From Octopus vulgaris (lineage: Eukaryota): DNA of 64,000 nt. Shown in pieces: positions 1 through 12,934 of this stretch; the stretch's first letter is position 1; every line of letters starts with the position of its first letter. The stretch is from the NCBI GenBank assembly GCA_951406725.2, contig OX597817.1, forward strand, positions 17,422,001 to 17,486,000, written 5' to 3'. Made by a program: the position numbers and the translations under genes. The notes under the pieces are model-generated. The model saw nothing but the letters and a program-made list of their open reading frames with translations, was not told the origin of the DNA and made no database searches.

Positions 1-459
1 TACTGCATTTAGCCCTGAAAAAATAATTCTAATTTTAATGCATCATACAATGAGTGCATTTAGCAGGTGCATTGGTAACAGATTTAATTTTAGCATCGAA
101 TCCTATATTTTTTTCCCACCTTTGTTGTTTTGCTATCAATACATACACTAACAGTTATTTCATTCCAAACATATTTTCTAAAAAAAGTTGTCGACTTTCA
201 ATAAAGCCTCATCTAATGATTGATAAAACACTAAGTCCTCATGCACTGTTTTCATACAAATATCTGACAAATACTAATAATTGAGGTGCATTTGTAATAT
301 CAGTTGATTCATCTAATTCAGTCTTTCTCAACCATTTCTTTGCCTGTGGACCCCTTTGATTCCTATTTTACTCAGATGGACTATTTACAGTTTTAGTAAA
401 ATCCCTTCGTATTTTTATAATTAAATATCATTAGAAATCTCATATATTGTATATATATA

Positions 460-632
460 TAAAAAGCTCCCACTACACTCACGGAGTGGTTGGCGTTAGG
501 AAGGGCATCCAGCCATAGAAACACTGCCAGATCTGACTGGGCCTGATGAAGCCTTCCAGCTTCACAGACCCCAGTTGAACCGTCCAACCCATGCTAGCAT
601 GGAAAACGGACGCTAAATGATGATGATGATGA
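460..632 (+). mobile_element. 3' end of RTE-type LINE / RTE-tail SINE with (GAT)n tail
   Basis: Matches the 3' UTR of the RTE remnant at ~1610-1765 (ggagtggttggcgttaggaagggcatccagc...ccatgctagcatggaaaacggacg) and ends in gatgatgat. Confidence 0.85.
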
Positions 633-654
633 TATATATTTATATATATATATA

Positions 655-1762
655 AAATAAGAATAGCCTGGGCAAAGTTCAGAGAACTCTTACCTCTGCT
701 GATGACAAAGGACCTCTCGCTCAGAGTAAAAGGTAGACTGTATGATGCATGTGTGCAAACAACCATGCTACATGGCAGTGAAACATGGGCTGTGACTGCT
801 GAGGATATGCGTAAGCTTGCAAGGAATGAAGCCAGTATGCTCCACTGGATGTGTAATGTCAGAGTACATACACGACAGAGTGTAAGCGCCCAGCGAGAAA
901 AGTTGGATTTAAGAAGCATCAGATGTGGCGTGCAAGAGAGAGGACTGCGCTGGTATGGTCACGTGTTGCAAATGAATGAAGACAGCTGTGTGAAAAAGTG
1001 TCACACCCGAGCAGTTGAGGGAACCTATGGAAGAGGCAGACCCAGGAAGACCTGGGATGAGGTGGTGAAGCATGACTTTCGAACATTGGGCCTTACCAAG
1101 GCAATGACTAGTGACTGAGACCATTGGAGATATGCTGTGCTTGAGAAGACCTGACAAGCCAAGTGGGAACATAGCCCATGGCCTATGCCAGTGGGTGTAA
1201 CCAGCCCACTTATGAGTATCCCTCATGCATTGGACAATAAACTTTGCTTGCAAAGACCTATTGAGGCAAGTGAAGTCAAAATCAAAATCAAAATTGCTGA
1301 CGTGGCCGATGACAGTACCATTTGATTCGCACTCATGCCAATGGAATGTCAAAGACACATCCGAGCGTGATCATTGCCGGGGTCATGGATTGGTACCCAT
1401 GCCGGTGGCACGTAAAAAGGACCATTCGAATGTGATTGTTGCCAACGTTGCCTTACCGGTACATGTGCCGGTGGCATGTGAAAAACAACATTAAAGCATG
1501 GTCGTTACCAGTGCCACCGGACTGGCTCCCATGCAGGTAGTACGTAAAGACCTTTCGAGCGTGGTCATTGCCAGAACCACTTGACTGACCCTCATGCCAG
1601 TGGCACATAAAAGCATCCACTACACTCTCAGAGCAGTTGGAGTTAGGAAGGGCATCCAGCTGTAGATTGAGCCTGGTGCAGCCTTCTGGCTCACTAGTCC
1701 TAAGTCAAACCATCCAACCTATGCCAGCATGGAAAGAGGACGTTAAACGATGATGATGATGA

Positions 1763-1765
<3 letters not shown>
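655..1765 (+). mobile_element. 5'-truncated RTE-clade LINE (ORF C-terminus 702-1118, 3' UTR with internal tandem repeats, (GAT)n tail)
   Basis: ORF motifs KGRLYDACV..MLHGSETW, LRWYGHV and GRGRPRKTW are typical of the RTE ORF C-terminus. Confidence 0.9.
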
Positions 1766-1819
<54 letters not shown>

Positions 1820-1823
<4 letters not shown>

Positions 1824-2215
1824 TATAATCGGCTGTACCGTTCGTCTCTCGTTCAACATCGTGTGGATTCTGCCATTCGGTTCGACAAATTATATTCTGA
1901 TGTACTCTACTGACGATTCGAAAATACTTATGTAAGTAAAATTACATAATCTATTAACGATGAAACAATTGTATAGAGTTAATCTATTTTTTCGTTATTT
2001 TTCATTTGTCCTGCTCGCTTACATTCTTGGCGTGTTGAATTAATTCTTGAGAACAATTCTTTAGTGGCGGATTCCCTTTGCGGATCTATATCTAGCGTTA
2101 GAGCGTCCACATAGTAGACTCTCTCTTATTGTTTTGTATTAATAATTTTTACTGTATCCCAGTGGTTTATACACTAGGCCACTTGGTGTTTGAATTGATG
2201 TTACTAATTAATCTT
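1820..2215 (+). mobile_element. Penelope-like pLTR / retrozyme-like element following (TA)n
   Basis: Contains a hammerhead motif; segment 2046-2196 recurs at 3657-3807. Confidence 0.5.
1904..1979 (+). ncRNA. Type I hammerhead ribozyme motif (family 1)
   Basis: actcta-CTGACGA-ttcg...cgat-GAAA-caattg-TA-tagagt: perfect 6-bp stem I, intact core, palindromic stem III, GUA triplet. Confidence 0.8.
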
Positions 2216-2412
2216 TTAATTTTATTTTATTTTATCTAGTTTCAGCTCACGAGCTGTGGCCATGCTGGGGCACCACCATTTGGTGTTGCTACATGATTTT
2301 ACTTCACGAATGCTTTTTAGCAACTGCCATTTGGTGCATGAGAGAGTTCGATGCAGCTGCCCTCATCTGCACCTCCTGCCGTGAAGTTCGTTCATCCGGG
2401 ACACCTGACAGG
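2215..2412 (-). mobile_element. LINE-like 3' end sharing its tail with SINE family A
   Basis: Minus strand ggtggtgccccagcatggccacagctcgtgagctgaaactaga resembles the SINE A tail but has a different upstream body. Confidence 0.5.
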
Positions 2413-2849
2413 TGTCAATTTTTTCACCATTATTTTGACTTTATTTATATATATATATAATAAAGGCTATTTGCCAGCATAATGTGGCTGTCCTGGAAGG
2501 GACAATGTTACTGTGTTGTTTTAGTCCCAAGAAACATTGTTTCTAGCTGGCTATATGACACAGTATCTGTGTCCGTATATTTTCAAAAACTATATATTTG
2601 AAAACTATATATATATAACAAGCTGTTTGTACATTCACATTGACAAGTTCAAGAAACGAATTAAAGCGCTAATAATAATGAAGAAATAAAAAGATTTTTT
2701 TCCAAAATTCTGATGATGTTTTTTCTCAATATATTATATACATACATACATATACGCACACATCCATCAGCTTCAGCATAATTTAACGTCCACTTTTCCA
2801 TACTCATATGAGTAAGATAGTATACATATAAGTATATATGGGTTTTTAT

Positions 2850-4300
2850 ACACAGGGTGTTTGGGCTAAATTTGACAGTTTGCATAAAAGGAAAAGAAAA
2901 CACAATATTCCATCCAAAAATAAAAATATTTTGAAAAATTAAAAAAAAATATCAACTAGGCACAGGAATGGCTGTGTGGTAAGTAGCTTGCTAACCAACC
3001 ACATGGTTCCGGGTTCAGTCCCACTGCGTGGCATCTTGGGCAAGTGTCTTCTGCTATAGCCCCGGGCCGACCAATGCCTTGTGAGTGTATTTGGTAGACG
3101 GAAACTGAAAGAAGCCCGTCATATATATGTATATATATATATATATTTATGTGTGTGTGTGTGTGTATGTGTTTGTGTGTCTGTGTTTGTCCCCCTAGCA
3201 TTGCTTGACAACCGATGCTGGTGTGTTTACGTCCCCGTCACTTAGCGGTTCGGCAAAAGAGACCGATAGAATAAGTACTGGGCTTACAAAGAATAAGTCC
3301 CGGGGTTGATTTGCTCGACCAAAGGCGGTGCTCCAGCATGGCCACAATCAAATGACTGAAACAAGTAAAAGAATAAAAGAGAGATTATGGCTGGGAAATA
3401 ACACTTTACTCAAAGAACTGCTTTCAGCTTCCACCATGGCCTCAAAATGGCTCCAGAACCTGGCATATGCATTCTTCAATCACATTGTTGGTCTTGCCCC
3501 CAACTCAGCCTTTGGTGTTGAAGGTTGAGCAGTTGGTCTCTTTCTCAATAATTCCCAACAGATATTATCCCATGAGATACAATCGGGAATTAGGAGGCCA
3601 GAAATTGGGACTGGTGAAGGTGTGGACAACTCCTTCTGATTGCAAGGAGTCGAATCCTTGAGAACAATTCTTTGGTGGTGGATTCCCTTTGTGGATCTAT
3701 ATCTAGCGTTAGAGCGTCCACATAGTGGACTCTCTCTTATTGTTTTGTATTAATAATTTTTACTGTATCCCAGTCTTTTATACGCTAGGCCACTTAGTGT
3801 TTGAATTCCAGTAGCAACCCTCTCTAACAAGGGTTTGGCCACAGTCTCCAGCGTCTTCATATAGTTGTCTGAGTTGAACCTAAGGTCTGTTCAAAGATGT
3901 GAGGAGACATAATATCACTCTCACCCAAAGATTATCACAGTTTGGGGAAACTTGATTTTCATGATATGTGGGCCATCCCATGGATTGTAGGCCAGCCACC
4001 TATTGATGTGGGTGTTGGGCAACTGGTCCTGGCAGAAGTTCTTTTCATCTGAGAAGAACCAGATCATCTCCTGTTCAACAGAATGCCTCGGCTTGTTTAG
4101 GAGCTTCTTCACCTCTGTCAAGAGAATCTCCTTGTCCTTGACTGTCAGAATTTTTTCCTTGTACTTCTTGTATAAGTGGTAGTAAAAGTTCTCATTCAGG
4201 GTCAGCTTCATGGAGGTCACTCCAACACCCATCTCTCTTGCCAAAGCCCAGATTCTCTTGCTTGGACCTTTTTTTTTTCCTTGTCCTGCAGTTGTTGGAT
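2850..4300 (-). mobile_element. Fragmented Tc1/mariner (maT-like) transposon remnant
   Basis: TIR-like cagggtgtttgggctaaatt near 2853; FFSDEKNF motif in ORF 3921-4244; FWPPNS near 3590; interrupted by a SINE and a 150-bp fragment. Confidence 0.75.
2958..3380 (+). mobile_element. tRNA-derived SINE family A (~410 bp, internal (TA)/(TG) microsatellite)
   Basis: A-box tggctgtgtgg, B-box ggttcagtccc, many highly similar copies in the window, gtaaaaga tail. Confidence 0.9.
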
Positions 4301-4733
4301 GAATTCAGACATGTGGATGCAATCAGGCTCCGCCTTGGTGAACTTTTTAAAGTTCCACCTGAAAAGAAAAGTGGAGCTAGAGAAAAGGTGTCTGTCTGTG
4401 CAAGAGTTCGAAAAAAGATGGAAGCGTGTGGCACGATTGCTGCGAGTGAAAGTAGCCACATGAGCACGCTATGAGTTAGCTACCGAGTTTCGGTGGGAAA
4501 AGCAGGGCTCGTGGGGTCGGCAATCCTGGTGTTCCCACTTCATCTGTTACTTTATGTTGTGTTGTAAAATTTGTATATCATCCGATTTCTTCGATTTTGT
4601 TTTCGATTTTTATATATATTTTTAAAGATCATTTTTATGTAATTCTCATTCGTTTCTCATGACCCCAAATCATGATGTATTGTCCCCCTCTATGTTAGCC
4701 CCTTGTGGGTAATAAAGAAATTGCAATCAATAC

Positions 4734-4983
4734 CTGCTCTGTCCCTTCCTGCTGGCTACAGCTTCATAGACTCTGTTGCAACTGTCCATGTCAAGTCTTA
4801 CAAACTTTAACAGCTGTGATGTTGGCACTTTGATACCTGGTGCAGATCATCATGATACAGGTAACCGTTTTCCAATATTTAGATGGCTTCCAGTCCTCTG
4901 TTTCAAATAATTCTAACTTAACTACAACTTTAATCGTTATGCACTCCAACACTGTTGACAGTTCACCAATACATCAAGATGTT
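4734..4983 (-). CDS. Candidate exon (5' UTR plus first codons MDSCNRVYEAVASRKGQS, CDS 4789-4734) of a minus-strand gene leaving the window
   Basis: Acceptor ctccttttttttttcaag, donor CAG|GTATTG, non-repetitive sequence, in-frame upstream stop; no homology recognised. Confidence 0.35.
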
Positions 4984-5172
4984 CTTGAAAAAAAAAAGGA
5001 GACAAAAAATATTAATCAAATTTAACCTGAACACCTTGTAGGTATCAATATATATATCAATATATATACTTCGCAAGCCACCAAATGAACTGATATTACC
5101 TACAGATTTAAAAAAACTAAGAGTGAAATTGATGTCCTAAAATTGAAGATCCTCTTTCTCTGTGTGTGTATA

Positions 5173-5551
5173 TCTCTCTCTATATAAACGGCAGTTTGTC
5201 TGTGCGTGTTTCTGTGTGTCTGTTTGCTTGTACCCTCACCCTGACCACGGCTTTCAACCGATTCTGATGAAACTTGACACACACATAGCCCAATGTCATA
5301 ATTCAAAACTAACGCAGCGAAAAGTTTGAAAAGTTCCCCCAGTTCTGAAAAAAATCGATAAATTCGACATGGGGTCGAGAATCAGAAACACAAACCGCAA
5401 ACTGTCTAGGGGACGCAACTCCACCTTTTTTAACAAAAAAAATTTACCATCATTTTTTTCCATTTTTTTGCTATTTTTTGACAATAACTCTCTAAAAATG
5501 CTTTATAGTTATTTCCCTTACAAACCTGAGCAACGCCGGGCGATACTGCTA

Positions 5552-5552
<1 letters not shown>
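5173..5552 (+). mobile_element. Non-autonomous Helitron
   Basis: 5' TC start, subterminal hairpin cctgagcaacgccggg, 3' CTAG, inserted between A and T with no TSD. Confidence 0.8.
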
Positions 5553-5583
<31 letters not shown>

Positions 5584-5587
<4 letters not shown>

Positions 5588-5815
5588 AGCGAAAACACCT
5601 AAAAGCTCCACGAGGTTCTGGCAGGGGTGGGGTGGCGACCCCTGTTGTACTCTTTCGCCCCCAACTTTCTCTCACTCTCTCTTCCTGTTTCTTGAGTAAT
5701 GCTGCAATGGACTGGCGTCCCGTCCAGCTGGGGAGGAACACATACGCCACAGAAACTGGGAGACTGGGCCCATGAGCCTGGCTAGGCTTGAAAAGGGCAC
5801 ATAAATAAAAAAAAA
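5584..5815 (+). mobile_element. SINE family C, 5'-truncated, V-domain-like body
   Basis: Shares attgagcgaaaacacctaaaagctccacgagg with other C copies; gcaatggactggcgtcccgtccag resembles the V-SINE domain. Confidence 0.7.
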
Positions 5816-5820
5816 TAAAT

Positions 5821-6230
5821 AGGCGCAGGGGTGGCTGTGTGGTAAGTAGCTTGTTTACCAACCACATGGTTCCGGGTTCAGTCCCACTGCGTGGCACCTT
5901 GGGCAAGTGTCTTCTACTATAGCCTCGGGCCGACCAAAGCCTTGTGAGTGTATTTGGCAGACGGAAACTGAAAGAAGCCCGTCGTATATATGTATATATA
6001 TATGCGTGTGTGTGTTTGTGTGTCTGTGTTTGTTCCCTTGGCATTGCTTGACAACCGATGCTGGTGTGTTTATGTACCCGTTACTTAGCGGTTCGGCAAA
6101 AGGGACCGATAGAATAAGTACTGGGTTTACAAAAGAATAAGTCCCGGGGTCGAGTTGCTCGATTAAAGGTGGTGCTCCAGCATGGCCGCAGTCAAATGAC
6201 TGAAACAAGTAAAAGAGAGAGAGTAAAAGA
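5821..6230 (+). mobile_element. SINE family A
   Basis: Full-length match to the other copies. Confidence 0.9.
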
Positions 6231-6278
6231 TATATATATATATATAATAATTAAGATTCAGTTGAATTAGGTACTTAA

Positions 6279-6348
6279 AAGGCAAATAAATAACAAGGAT
6301 GTCCAGGTATAAATGCATACCTGGACACCCTTGTTACTTATTTGTCTT
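6279..6348. repeat. 70-nt hairpin (32-bp arms, 6-nt loop)
   Basis: aaggcaaataaataacaaggatgtccaggtat / atacctggacacccttgttacttatttgtctt. Confidence 0.85.
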
Positions 6349-6405
6349 ATATATATATATATATATATATAAATGTAATCTATCTATCTCTCTATATCTA
6401 TCTAT

Positions 6406-6437
<32 letters not shown>

Positions 6438-6845
6438 ATATATACAGGCTTCCTCTGTTTACGATGGGACTTTGCGCATATGGGAATAAGGTATGACTGC
6501 TAATTTCAAGACACAGTCTGCATTTTTCTAGAAACTTTATGCCTGGTAGAATTTTTATTCTTTAGAAAAGGAAAAAAAAAACATAACCAGGATTTAATGC
6601 CTCTAAAGAATCATCTGATGTTTCTTCTGGGAGGAAACACAACTGATAATAGGAAATTAATGCCCCCAACTTGTGTATCATTTCAGAAATCTAAGGAATT
6701 TCACAGGTTACGCAAAGCTTAATTTGCATCTCATGTGGTTTTGAATAAGAAGACAGGGATGGCTAAGAGCCTTTTTGCAAGCGTAGTAAATTTCATGTTA
6801 TGGCAGGGTTTTCTGAAATCCATTCTTTCTTCAACACCAGGGATT

Positions 6846-7420
<575 letters not shown>

Positions 7421-9659
7421 ATGTATGTATTCATACATGGAACCATTCTTTCTTCATATATCCTGAGGGAGGGGTGGGGAGATGAGAAAAAGTAGTGAAT
7501 GAAAGAAGAAAATCACTGGCGTGGTTCTGCTTTAAGTGAAACAAATTATTTTACTGAAAAATCCCTGAGAGAAAATCGTATAAATTAGTAATATAATTAC
7601 TTTATTACTTTCGATATTCAGTGAAAATGCTACCGGATGAAAATAGTTCTGGCGCCAAAATTAGCAATTTTTCTTTCTTTCTTTCTTTCTTTCTTTCTCT
7701 GCTCTTTTTCTTTTCTTTTTGTGAATGACGAAATATATGAATGGAAATTACTACTATATAAAGAGATAACCGACGTCATCAGCTTCCAGCCTCACTTTTA
7801 CGGTATCATCGTATTTGTCTCTCTGAAACTGCCACTTCGATTTAATTATATAATTAACAATCGGTTTTGCTAGATACTCTTTTATATATATCTATATAAA
7901 CACCTGAATACATCAAAGTGTATATTCATAGCTGTTGCTCAATAAGACTAAGGAAAAGCGCTTAATTAGAACTACTTGTAGAGTTGTAATACAACTCTTT
8001 CCAGAGAGTCTTTATAGCCATACAGCCCATCACGTCATCATGTTCAATATATTGACAACACATATAGGATAAGCTAATCGATTGGTGTTAGCCTCGGAAT
8101 ATTCGGTCAAGTTATTTTTGTTTATGAACGACGGGATTCCTACATCAACAGTGATGAAGTTGGTAGCCATGCAGTTTAGAGAGGAAATACCAGTCCACGT
8201 CGTGCTACTAACCACATAACGTCAGTATATACGGGACACTCCAGAATACATTAAGGGAGATTTATTGGCTGATCTGTCTTCAGGACATGTGAAAATTTCG
8301 TGATTTCCGAAGAGGAGAAAGCGACAGAATCTACAAAAAAAAAAGCCTGCACCTGGTCGTCACACTTCGAATTCACTTTCATTTTCACTTTAAGCTATCC
8401 ACAACAATCTATCACGCTTTCCTTTTTTCTGACAGTACACTTTTCTAATACAAACACGCGTTCAGTATATATACACATTACATTCAAGTATATTTATGCG
8501 AGGAAATTTTTGTGTATTTATATATACATTACCAAAAGAAATCTTCTCCAACTAAAGAAAATAATATATCACACGCGCACACTCATACAACACTTACAAA
8601 CGTTCTTACTAACCTCTACTCTTTATTCATTACCATTCATTGAACTTAGGAGACAAGGAAATTTCTTCAATCGCCGAATCGTTGTCACCAATCATATAAA
8701 AGGGAGAAAGTAAGTTTCCATTTTGCTATATATATATATATATATATATATAATGTGCATGTATAAGATGTCTGTATTTGCCATTTTTGTTTTACAATTT
8801 CCTCTGATACGAAGCTTCTGTACTGCCATTTAAACATGACATTTTTATTCAGAATGATATTCATGTCTATCTTAGAACATTCGCCACACGTTGTTTCAAT
8901 AAGACACACTCACACGCATATAAATGCACATATACTCGAATGAGTAGTATGCTGTAGAGAACGAATATAGATATACTCTACGTTATGAAGTGAGTTCTTT
9001 TCCTTTAATTTTTCTCAATGATTATACTACTAGACCTATATACACACACACACACACACACGCATATGTGTGTATGCAGGTATGGCAGGTATACACAAAT
9101 ACCATAGATACATATACATGTATATTTATGCACACGTGTATGTACACATACAGGTTATTGAAAAGAAAAAGAGAAAGAGAGTACGGGAAAGAATTGTGCG
9201 TTTGTGTGTGTGTGTGTGTGTGTGTGCGTGTGTTGATCGCTACAGAGTAAAAGCTGACCTCCCAGCGATCAAAGCCAGCAACATTATTTCGATTCTGAAT
9301 CTAATACAACTTAAATCTTTCACTTCATTTCACTTTCGCTAAAACACTTAAGCACACCAGCTTTTATTCCCCATCTACATTTAATCGATAAAGCTGATCA
9401 CATGTTAATCAGGGCAATACTGATGATATAGGCTTCATTAACTGACCAGATTTAACGCACTAATTCGCAGGATAAATATTTAGCTTGCACGTTTCTGTGT
9501 GTTAGTTAGTCATCACTCCGAAGACTATACGGTATATGCAGGCATCTGTGTACCCATTCATTCATCTACCCATACATATGCATAGCTATGTGATTAAAAA
9601 GTTGGTTTTGTAACCACATGGGTCCAGGTTCGATACTTCTGTGTGACACTTTGGATAAT

Positions 9660-9822
9660 TCGAAGAATTAACCTACGTTAAACTTACAAATTACAATTTT
9701 CTCAAAAAAAGCCAAATGAAAATAATGTTTTCTTTTGACACATTCTACCAGTATACGAAGTTTCAAATTGTTTAGTTAACTAGAAATTGTGTTGAATTCC
9801 GCCCATCAAAAGGAAAAGATCC
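9660..9822. mobile_element. Solo end of the GGATCT MITE family, inside a decayed SINE A
   Basis: Matches ~12775-12934 and ends aaaaggaaaagatcc. Confidence 0.8.
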
Positions 9823-11089
9823 AAGCATATTTTACTTTAGTCTCGGGAATTCGGCAGATGAAAACTGTGGAAGGAAGCGATAGTACTACACACACACACA
9901 CACACATAGCCAGATAGATAGATATGTATATATGATATGCGTGCGTGCGCTAGCGGCCGGTCTCTCACTGCAACAGAAATAGGAGTTGTAGTATTTTTCT
10001 TGAAAAACCGGCTACACAACAGGGATAGACTTTTGAGTTAAGAAATTCTAAAGAAACAGCAGAACTTTCTGTATCATTATCTGAACGAGCAAATGTTTGT
10101 TCTTTACAGTCTTAGTCAGTACTTAACCTTAAACTGTGGTTCTTCTATTTATACTAGTACCTGTGTGTATCTTCCCGACTGTCTTTATTCATCTATACAA
10201 TTATAAGTATAAAGAGTCAAGAGCAAAAGACACGAAATGGGTGTGATGTTTTAGCAGCGCAGACATTAAAACCGAAGGAAAATAATATCCGATGAAAATT
10301 TTTGTCAACTAAATACAAATAAACATAAAGACTCATACATATATTAGTTGAACATTTTGGAATAACTGAAATTATATGTGCAAACAGAAGACAAAAACAT
10401 TCATTCGATATTTGTAATCTAAAACAACAAGCAAGATATAAGATCACTTTATCAAAATTTTTCGAAAATATGGGCCATGCAGATGGGAGCAGGATATTCA
10501 GCGCCAAAAGACAATCTTTGCAAAGTTCCTAGCTTTAGATTATAATTCCCCTTTTCCTTGTTCTACAATGAGAGCCGTCTCCAATTGTTTTTTTACAACA
10601 TCCTCCAACCATCATCAGTATTATATCAGCTGAGAAAAAAGCCGAAAAATATGTCCTGTCAAATTATCGAGGCGGCGAATTGCCACAGTTGTTAACGCAC
10701 TGGCTTGAATGTTTCACTGTATTTGCTCCGAGTTCAAATCCTACTGAAGTTAACTTCGCTTTTCACCCTTTCAGAGTATTTAAGATAGAAAACATACAAG
10801 TCCAAGGCAGTGGATTGACGGGACTTTGAGAACGTCAATATTTGTTTCGGCTCTTTGCGTCATGAGTTCAAATATCGTCGTGGTTTTTGGATGGTAGACA
10901 TAATTCGTCGACCGATTTAACGCCACTACCTGGCACCTTGGATGCCTTTAGCGGAGCCGACTCTGGTTTAAGGATACCTTTTTTTTCTCTTTATCACGTT
11001 TGGGGAGCGGGCAGCAAAGGTCATGCGCACTACCCCTTCTAGATAAGGCAAGTAAAAAAAGAAAAAGAAAAAAAAGTAACCCTCTTCTT

Positions 11090-11485
11090 TGTTTCCACGA
11101 TTGAACCGAGGCCATGCTGAAGCACTATATAGTATGTTTAGTTGAGCACATCGATCCCTATACCTATTTTTAAAGTCTGGAACTTATTTTATCGATCTCT
11201 TTTACCGAAGCGCTGTATTACGGGGTCATAAACTACTACCGTTTGTCAGGTGGAATGGGGACAAATACACACATATGTGTGTGCGTGTGTACAACGGGCT
11301 TCCACGCAGTTTCCGTCTGCCAAATTCATTTACAAGGTATTGGTCGACCCGGGAGTAGTAGAAATTCTCTACTACACTCCCGGGTCGACCAATACCTTGT
11401 AAATGAATTTGACCCAAAGTGCTGTGCGGTGAGATTGAACCCGAAATCACATGGCTCAAGTCGAGCTTCTTAACCACACGAAACA
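11090..11485 (-). mobile_element. Decayed SINE A containing an internal 90-bp fold-back palindrome (11321-11411)
   Basis: SINE A homology on both sides of the palindrome. Confidence 0.8.
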
Positions 11486-12344
11486 TGCCAAATCAGCTGA
11501 TTGGTCATAGATCACATGAGTCCACCCACATCTTCTTTCATTCTTCTTTGTTCCGGGAATGACTTCACCTGATATCTTTATTACGAAATATCCGTGTTTT
11601 TAATTGGATGTATAAGCTATCTGTGACACTCCCGCCTGATTTTAGCGCCCCGTGCGATCGCCCAGCTTTACAGAGCTATTCTCATGAAAGTTAACCTTTT
11701 CACTGCGAAATTAAATTTCATATTAGTAATGATGTTAAATACCGACCAAAAAAAAACAGATTTGGTATTTTCTATAAGTCACGTTGGCTCAATAAACTCG
11801 GCATATTTCTACAGTAAATAATTTCAATCATGATATTCCTCAAAAGATAGATTGGTATATAAAACTGCTTTCGCAATTAAGGGTAACGGAATTCTGAATG
11901 GATATATCTGCTTTCCATAGTAAAAAAAAAGTTAAACCAAATCAGGTTTTCAAAAATTTTAAGAATGCTCAAAAAAAAAATCATCATAATCCTATAATGG
12001 TTAGTGGTTGAAGTGGTTAATTTTCCACTAGATATCGATAATGGGACCAGTTCTTCCTTGAAAACGTCACATCCATTTTTGTTACACAGGTCACACCAGG
12101 TAAATGAGAATTGTGACAGCAGACATTGTTGTCCAGCAAATTCAATTAGCAGTTTTTGAAATTACAAGGCCAATGCAAATAGACACCATGAGACTTTTTA
12201 TGCTCCTCTGGAGAAATTTAGAAGAATTAGCAGTTAATATTTTTCAGGTGATAAAAAAAAGTTATTTTGTGCGATGTCACATACGTCACACTTTTTGGAT
12301 CCTCTTTAAAAACTTGAAAATACATTTCCGGTGAAAAAATATTT

Positions 12345-12934
12345 GGATCTGTTCCTTTTGTACGGCAGTTTTCAACACAATTTCTAGTTAACTAAACACT
12401 TTTAAACTTCGTACACTGGTAGAATGTGTCAAAATAAAATATTTTTTTCTCTTGGCTTTCTTGAGAAAATTGTAATTTGTAAGTTTAACGTAGTTTAATT
12501 TTTCGAATTTTAACCAGTCGATAGCCTCTATTGAGCTAAAATCATTTGTTGTGTCTAAAACTGAGACACCATCGTGTCAATAACACTAACCCTAACCCTA
12601 AATTTTAGCCTCTCGTTTTTTTTCTTAATTGTTATCCTTAAATTTAATTTAACAATTAAGAAAAAAAAACGAAAGACTAAAATTTAGGGTTAGGGTTAGT
12701 GACAGGATGTTGTCTCAGTTTTAGACGCAGCAAATGATTTTAGCTCAATAGAGGTCATCGACTGGTTAAAATTCGAAAAATTAAACTACGTTAAACTTAC
12801 AAATTACAATTTTCTCAAGAAAGCCAAGAGGAAAAAATGTTTTAATTTGACACATTATACCAGTATACGAAGTTTAAATGTGTTTAGTTAACTAGAAATT
12901 GTGTTGAAAACTGCCGTTCAAAAGGAAAAGATCC
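12345..12934. mobile_element. Fully palindromic MITE with internal TTAGGG repeats and 8-bp TSD (Merlin-like)
   Basis: ~285-bp arms starting GGATCT..CCTTTTG; aaatattt on both sides; ccctaa/ttaggg near the centre. Confidence 0.85.

Noticed and set aside
2958-3030. tRNA genes at SINE heads (families A, B, C)
   Set aside because: Only A/B boxes, continuing into SINE bodies; no complete cloverleaf recognised
2956-3201. Recurrent MLGGQTQTHKH ORFs
   Set aside because: Antisense translations of SINE A, not genes
5264-5273. CTGATGA as another hammerhead
   Set aside because: No stem II or downstream GAAA box; part of the Helitron body
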